Shown piece by piece: positions 17,923-22,110 of a DNA stretch of 22,110 nt. The translations under genes were made by a program, and so were the position numbers. The stretch comes from an uncultured Verrucomicrobiales bacterium (GTDB lineage: Bacteria; Verrucomicrobiota; Verrucomicrobiia; Verrucomicrobiales; DEV007). The notes under the pieces were generated by a model. That model had not been told where the DNA came from, searched no databases, and saw only the letters and a program-made list of their open reading frames with translations. The stretch covers positions 1-22,110 of the forward strand of contig CALKOM010000116.1 in assembly GCA_938091905.1 (NCBI GenBank), in the 5' to 3' direction. Position 1 is the first letter of the stretch. Every line of letters begins with the position of its first letter.

Positions 17923-18417
17923 ATGCAGACCATCTACACCACCACCATGCCATCACCCATTGGCACACTACGGTAGCGCGCCAACAACAACGGACTCACT
18001 CACGTCTTTCACAAAAACCAACAGGCAAACTTAGAGAATTCTGATTGGACCGAAGATCCTAATCACCCTCATCTCGTCAATGCCCGTTCCCAGCTCGAAG
18101 AGTATTTTGAAGGGAAGCGAAAGGCCTTTGCTGTATTGTCAGCTCCAGAAGGAACTCCCTTTCAACAAAAGGTTTGGAGGGCCCTACGCAAGATTCCCTA
18201 CCGGCAATCGACGAGCTATACGGCGATCGCAAACCAGATTGGAAATACCAAAGCTGTCCGCGCCGTGGGAGCCGCCAATGTTAATAAGCCGCTTTCGATC
18301 TTCGCACCTTGCCACCGCGTCATTGAATTGAATGGGACACTCACCGGCTAGGCTGGCGGGCTAGGCAACAAGAGCACTCTACTTGCGCTCGAACGGGGCG
18401 AGCAAGAGCTCTTCTAA
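17923..18417 (+). pseudogene. ogt: Methylated-DNA--protein-cysteine methyltransferase pseudogene with two in-frame TAG stops
   Basis: One frame from ATG 17923 reads MQTIYTTTMPSPIGTLR*...QLEEYFEGKRK...GTPFQQKVWRALRKIPY...AVRAVGAAN...PCHRVI...LTG*AGGLGNK...ELF*. The TAGs are at 17974-17976 and 18349-18351. Confidence 0.9.
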
Positions 18418-18465
18418 TTGCCTCGCGTATCAGGCAGTTAGGACCTAGTTTGCAGACGGATACTC

Positions 18466-20799
18466 ATGTTCAGATTTAGATACACAACACGGCTTTCCAT
18501 CTTTGCATTCCTCTCAGTAGGAACAGCGGTATTTGCCAACCCTATTCGCTGGGGGCCTACACTTGAACGCTATTGTTTCGATTGCCACGATTCCGATAGT
18601 GCGAAAGGCGGAATCGATCTTGAAGTCGCTCTCGGTCACCCATTGGCAGATCAGTCAGAACTTTGGGAAAAGTCCGCGCGCCAATTGCAAATGAGGCTCA
18701 TGCCACCGATCAAGAAAGAGCGCCCCTCAGAAACAGACTACGTTAGTCTTGCCTCAGAAATGGAAACCGCTCTTGACGCGCAAGCTGCAGCTCATCCAAA
18801 CCCTGGTCGCACCGAGTCTCTCAGACGACTCAACCGCAACGAGTATCAAAACGCCGTTCGCGACCTCTTGGCAGTAGAAATCGATGCGAAGTCACTCCTG
18901 CCACCCGACCAATTGAGCCATGGATTTGATAATGTCACTGTAGGCGATCTCCCTCCCGCGTTGCTCAATCGCTACATTAGCGCCGCGCAAAAGATCAGCC
19001 GCATCGCCCTTGGCCACACGAACAACTCACCAGACGGACGAACCGTCCGTATCCGTCCAGACATCACCCAGGAAGGGCACGTCGAAGGACTTCCGTTAGG
19101 CACGCGAGGCGGCACCCTATTCGGACATACCTTCCCAAAGGATGGTGACTACGAACTTCAGATTAATTTGACGCGTGATCGTGATGAAAAAGTCGAAGGG
19201 CTTCGCGGGACTCACGAATTGCAAGTGCTCGTAGATGGTGACATCGCAAAGTCGTTCAGCGTCAAGCCGCCAAAGAGAAAAGGCGATCACACCAAAGTCG
19301 ATGCGCATCTTTCAGCTCGCATCCGCGTCGGGGCGGGAGTTCGCCAGGTCGGAGTTACTTTCGTCGAACCGGCACCCGATCTGATCGAGACTCTACGTCA
19401 GCCTTACGAATCTGCCTTCAACCAGCATCGTCACCCGCGTCGCTCACCCGCCATCTATCAGGTTTCCATTACCGGTCCCTTCGATGCGAAAGACACAGGG
19501 ATGATCGCGAGTCGACAACAACTATTTGAGAACATCAGTGGAGAGGATGAAGCTGATGCCCAAACGATTCTTCATCGCGTGATGCACAAAGCGTATCGCG
19601 GACACGCTAATAAAACGGACGAAGAACGAGTCTTGGCCTTGTATCGCGAAGCAGGTGACTTCGAGAATGGTTTGGAGTCCGCCCTGTCAGCCATTCTTGC
19701 GAGCCCCAAGTTCTTCTTCCGGGTCGAACGTGATCCTGAAGACAACACGGCGGACACTCCGTATGCTTTGGAAGCTCTCGAGCTCGCATCGCGCCTATCA
19801 TTCTTCTTGTGGAGCAGCCTCCCTGATGACGAATTGCTAGACGCAGCCGAGTCCGGCCAATTGACCACCCCTGAAGGCATGACCACTCAAGCCCGCCGCA
19901 TGTTAGCAGATTCGCGATCTCAAGCTCTGGTGGACAATTTCGCCGGGCAATGGCTCTACCTCCGGAACCTAGATTCCATCACCCCAGATTCCCGATTGTA
20001 TCCAGATTTCGACGACAACTTGCGTCAGGCCATGCGGAAGGAAACAGAACTCCTGTTTCAAAACATGCTACGCGAGGACCGCAGTGTCCTCGATCTATTA
20101 CAATCAGACCACACTTATCTGAACGAGCGACTAGCAAAGCACTACGGCATTCCACATATTTATGGCGAGCGGTTTCGCAAGGTCGCCTTGGATTCCAACA
20201 GCAACCGAGGTGGCCTCTTGCGCCACGGAAGCATACTTACCGTAACCTCTTACGCCACCCGTACGTCTCCCGTCCTGCGAGGCCATTGGGTAATGAAGAA
20301 TCTGTTAGGCACCCCACCGCCTCCTCCTCCGCCCGACGTGCCAGCGCTGGAAGACAACGCCATCGACGAGGACCTTCCGGTGCGAGAACGTCTCGCAGAA
20401 CATCGCGCCAATCCTGCCTGTGCAAGTTGCCACAATTCAATGGATCCCATCGGTTTCGCCTTTGAGAACTTTGACGCCGTCGGCCGTTGGCGCACTCAGG
20501 AGAGTGGACAGCCAGTTGATTCCAAGGGCGCGCTTCCTGACGGGACAACCTTCGAGGGCATTGCCGGGCTCGAAGCCGGCCTACTGAAGCGCCCCGAACT
20601 GTTCGCCCGCACGTTCGTGGAGAAACTCTTCACTTACGCCCTCGGCCGCGGAATTGAGCCGGGCGACTCGCCCGCCGTGCGCCAGATCGTTCGGGGCGCC
20701 GCCAAAGACAACTATCAATTCTCTTCGATTATCCTTCACATGCTAGACAGTGATCCGTTTACCATGCGGATGCCGGAATCCTCCAAAACCCTGAACTGA
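18466..20799 (+). CDS. DUF1592/DUF1588/DUF1587/DUF1595/DUF1585 domain-containing secreted c-type cytochrome (PSD/PSCyt family)
   Basis: Signal peptide; heme motifs CFDCH and CASCH; RRLNRNEYQNAVRDLL, ELASRLSFFLWSSLPD, TSPVLRGHWV, PPPPPP, FENFDAVGRWR. Confidence 0.92.
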   Translation: MFRFRYTTRLSIFAFLSVGTAVFANPIRWGPTLERYCFDCHDSDSAKGGIDLEVALGHPLADQSELWEKSARQLQMRLMPPIKKERPSETDYVSLASEMETALDAQAAAHPNPGRTESLRRLNRNEYQNAVRDLLAVEIDAKSLLPPDQLSHGFDNVTVGDLPPALLNRYISAAQKISRIALGHTNNSPDGRTVRIRPDITQEGHVEGLPLGTRGGTLFGHTFPKDGDYELQINLTRDRDEKVEGLRGTHELQVLVDGDIAKSFSVKPPKRKGDHTKVDAHLSARIRVGAGVRQVGVTFVEPAPDLIETLRQPYESAFNQHRHPRRSPAIYQVSITGPFDAKDTGMIASRQQLFENISGEDEADAQTILHRVMHKAYRGHANKTDEERVLALYREAGDFENGLESALSAILASPKFFFRVERDPEDNTADTPYALEALELASRLSFFLWSSLPDDELLDAAESGQLTTPEGMTTQARRMLADSRSQALVDNFAGQWLYLRNLDSITPDSRLYPDFDDNLRQAMRKETELLFQNMLREDRSVLDLLQSDHTYLNERLAKHYGIPHIYGERFRKVALDSNSNRGGLLRHGSILTVTSYATRTSPVLRGHWVMKNLLGTPPPPPPPDVPALEDNAIDEDLPVRERLAEHRANPACASCHNSMDPIGFAFENFDAVGRWRTQESGQPVDSKGALPDGTTFEGIAGLEAGLLKRPELFARTFVEKLFTYALGRGIEPGDSPAVRQIVRGAAKDNYQFSSIILHMLDSDPFTMRMPESSKTLN

Positions 20800-20808
20800 C
20801 AGACAACC

Positions 20809-22110
20809 ATGTTTATCACAAAGAAAGCTCTTCCACGCCGCACCGTCCTGCGCGGACTCGGTGCCTCTTTGGCCTTACCGATGCTCGACGCCATGACACC
20901 TGCCATGGCTGCGACAGCCAAACCGATTCAGCGTCTCGGATTTGTCTTCATGCCCATGGGCGCAGATCTCAGTCGCTGGGTACCAAAGGGGAAGACGTTA
21001 GACGAGTTGCCCCCTATTCTTAAATCGCTCGAGCCCATCAGGAACAAGGTGAACGCTTTGTCTAATCTTGAGCTGCGCAACGCCTATCCAGGGTCCCACG
21101 CCACCTCAAATGCTGCCTTTCTCAGTGCTGCCCGCGCGAAACTCACGGAGAGCTCGGATTACTATCTCGGAACCACCGTCGATCAGATTGCCGCCAAGGA
21201 AATTGGGCAAGCCACCCAGCTACCATCCTTAGAGATGGCCATGGACATGATGGAAGTCGTCGGCCAATGCGACAACGGCTACGCCTGCGTCTATCAGAAC
21301 AACCTTTCCTGGTCCACGCCAACCACCCCACTGCCGGCTGAGGCACACCCTCGCTTGATCTTCGAGAATCTCTTCGGAGCGGGAGGCAGCAAAGTCGAAC
21401 GCCAAGCAGCCCTAAAGAAACGCTCCAGCGTGCTCGACTTCGTGCGCGAAGACATGGCCAGCTTGAAACGCGGATTGGGACCTACAGATCGCGCTAAAGT
21501 CGACGGCTACCTCGACACGGTACGGGAAGTCGAACGTCGTATCCAGAAAGCCGAAGCTGACGTGAAGGAGAATCCATTACCCGATCTCGACCGCCCCGTC
21601 GGCGTGCCCGCAGCCTACGCGGACCACGCTCGATTGATGTTCGATCTGCAATTGTTAGCCTTGCAAGGCGATGTCACCCGCGTCATCACCTTCCAGCTCG
21701 CCCGCGAGACTAGCAATCGCACGTATCCTGAAATTGGCGTCTCCGATCCGCACCACCCACTCAGCCATCATGGCAATAATCCTGACAAGATTGCACGCAT
21801 GGCGAAGATCAACGCCTATCACGTCTCGCTCTTTGCGGAACACCTGGAAAAACTCGACGCGACACCTGATGGCGACGGATCCCTCTTGGATCACTCGCTT
21901 TACCTGTATGGCAGCGGCATGGGAAATCCGAACAAACACGACCACAGCAACCTCCCTATCCTGGTCGCTGGTGGTGGATCGGCTGGCATCAAGGGCAATC
22001 GCCACATCCAGTTCGATAAAGTGACCCCTCTTGCAAACCTACATCTCACGCTGCTCGACCGCGTCGGTGTCCACATGGAGAAATTTGCAGACAGTAATGG
22101 CCTCATTGAA
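20809..22110 (+). CDS. DUF1552 (HXXSHH) domain protein, truncated by the window edge
   Basis: Manual translation from ATG 20809 gives MFITKKALPRRTVLRGLGASLALPMLDAM (Tat-like RR) ... PHHPLSHHG ... YGSGMGNPNKH ... KFADSNGLIE. It is the usual partner of DUF1592 genes. Not in the ORF track because it has no stop in the window. Confidence 0.92.
   Translation, partial: MFITKKALPRRTVLRGLGASLALPMLDAMTPAMAATAKPIQRLGFVFMPMGADLSRWVPKGKTLDELPPILKSLEPIRNKVNALSNLELRNAYPGSHATSNAAFLSAARAKLTESSDYYLGTTVDQIAAKEIGQATQLPSLEMAMDMMEVVGQCDNGYACVYQNNLSWSTPTTPLPAEAHPRLIFENLFGAGGSKVERQAALKKRSSVLDFVREDMASLKRGLGPTDRAKVDGYLDTVREVERRIQKAEADVKENPLPDLDRPVGVPAAYADHARLMFDLQLLALQGDVTRVITFQLARETSNRTYPEIGVSDPHHPLSHHGNNPDKIARMAKINAYHVSLFAEHLEKLDATPDGDGSLLDHSLYLYGSGMGNPNKHDHSNLPILVAGGGSAGIKGNRHIQFDKVTPLANLHLTLLDRVGVHMEKFADSNGLIE

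Noticed and set aside
17974..18351. Stop-codon reassignment or pyrrolysine explaining the two in-frame TAGs in ogt
   Set aside because: TAG ends several intact genes here (616, 5725, 9258, 10747, 17404), and TGA ends others (1832, 9932, 20799). The two TAGs align to different expected residues (probably Leu and Tyr), and the gene has other degenerate changes.
697..22106. Numerous short overlapping or antisense ORFs in the six-frame track
   Set aside because: They lie within well-supported genes on another frame or strand and have no family motifs, as expected for shadow ORFs at this GC content.

Overview
This window looks like bacterial chromosomal DNA of moderate GC content, most likely Verrucomicrobiota or a related PVC lineage. 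That is inferred from the lamin-tail/CotH protein, the secreted sulfatases and the DUF1592/DUF1552 pair. The left part (0.6-9.2 kb) encodes secreted accessory enzymes: an alpha/beta hydrolase, a large LTD-CotH protein, an alpha/beta-hydrolase-sulfatase fusion and a second, divergent sulfatase. The middle (9.3-17.4 kb) is largely housekeeping: ftsK, a rodZ-like gene, a flavin-dependent halogenase-like gene, Fpg/Nei and engB on the minus strand, and DUF2064/TIGR04282 plus mannose-6-phosphate isomerase on the plus strand. The right end holds a DUF1592 cytochrome c / DUF1552 pair running off the window. Manual translation shows three interrupted genes the ORF track misses or fragments: an orphan NTF2-fold immunity-like gene with one in-frame TGA (preceded by an 8-bp tandem repeat), a frameshifted VOC/glyoxalase gene, and an ogt gene with two TAG stops. 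I saw no CRISPR array, RNA gene or mobile element, and no clear-cut novel multi-gene system. The best leads are the immunity-like cassette, the stand-alone halogenase-like gene, the esterase-sulfatase fusion and the DUF2064-PMI coupling. All family calls come from motif recognition, not database searches.
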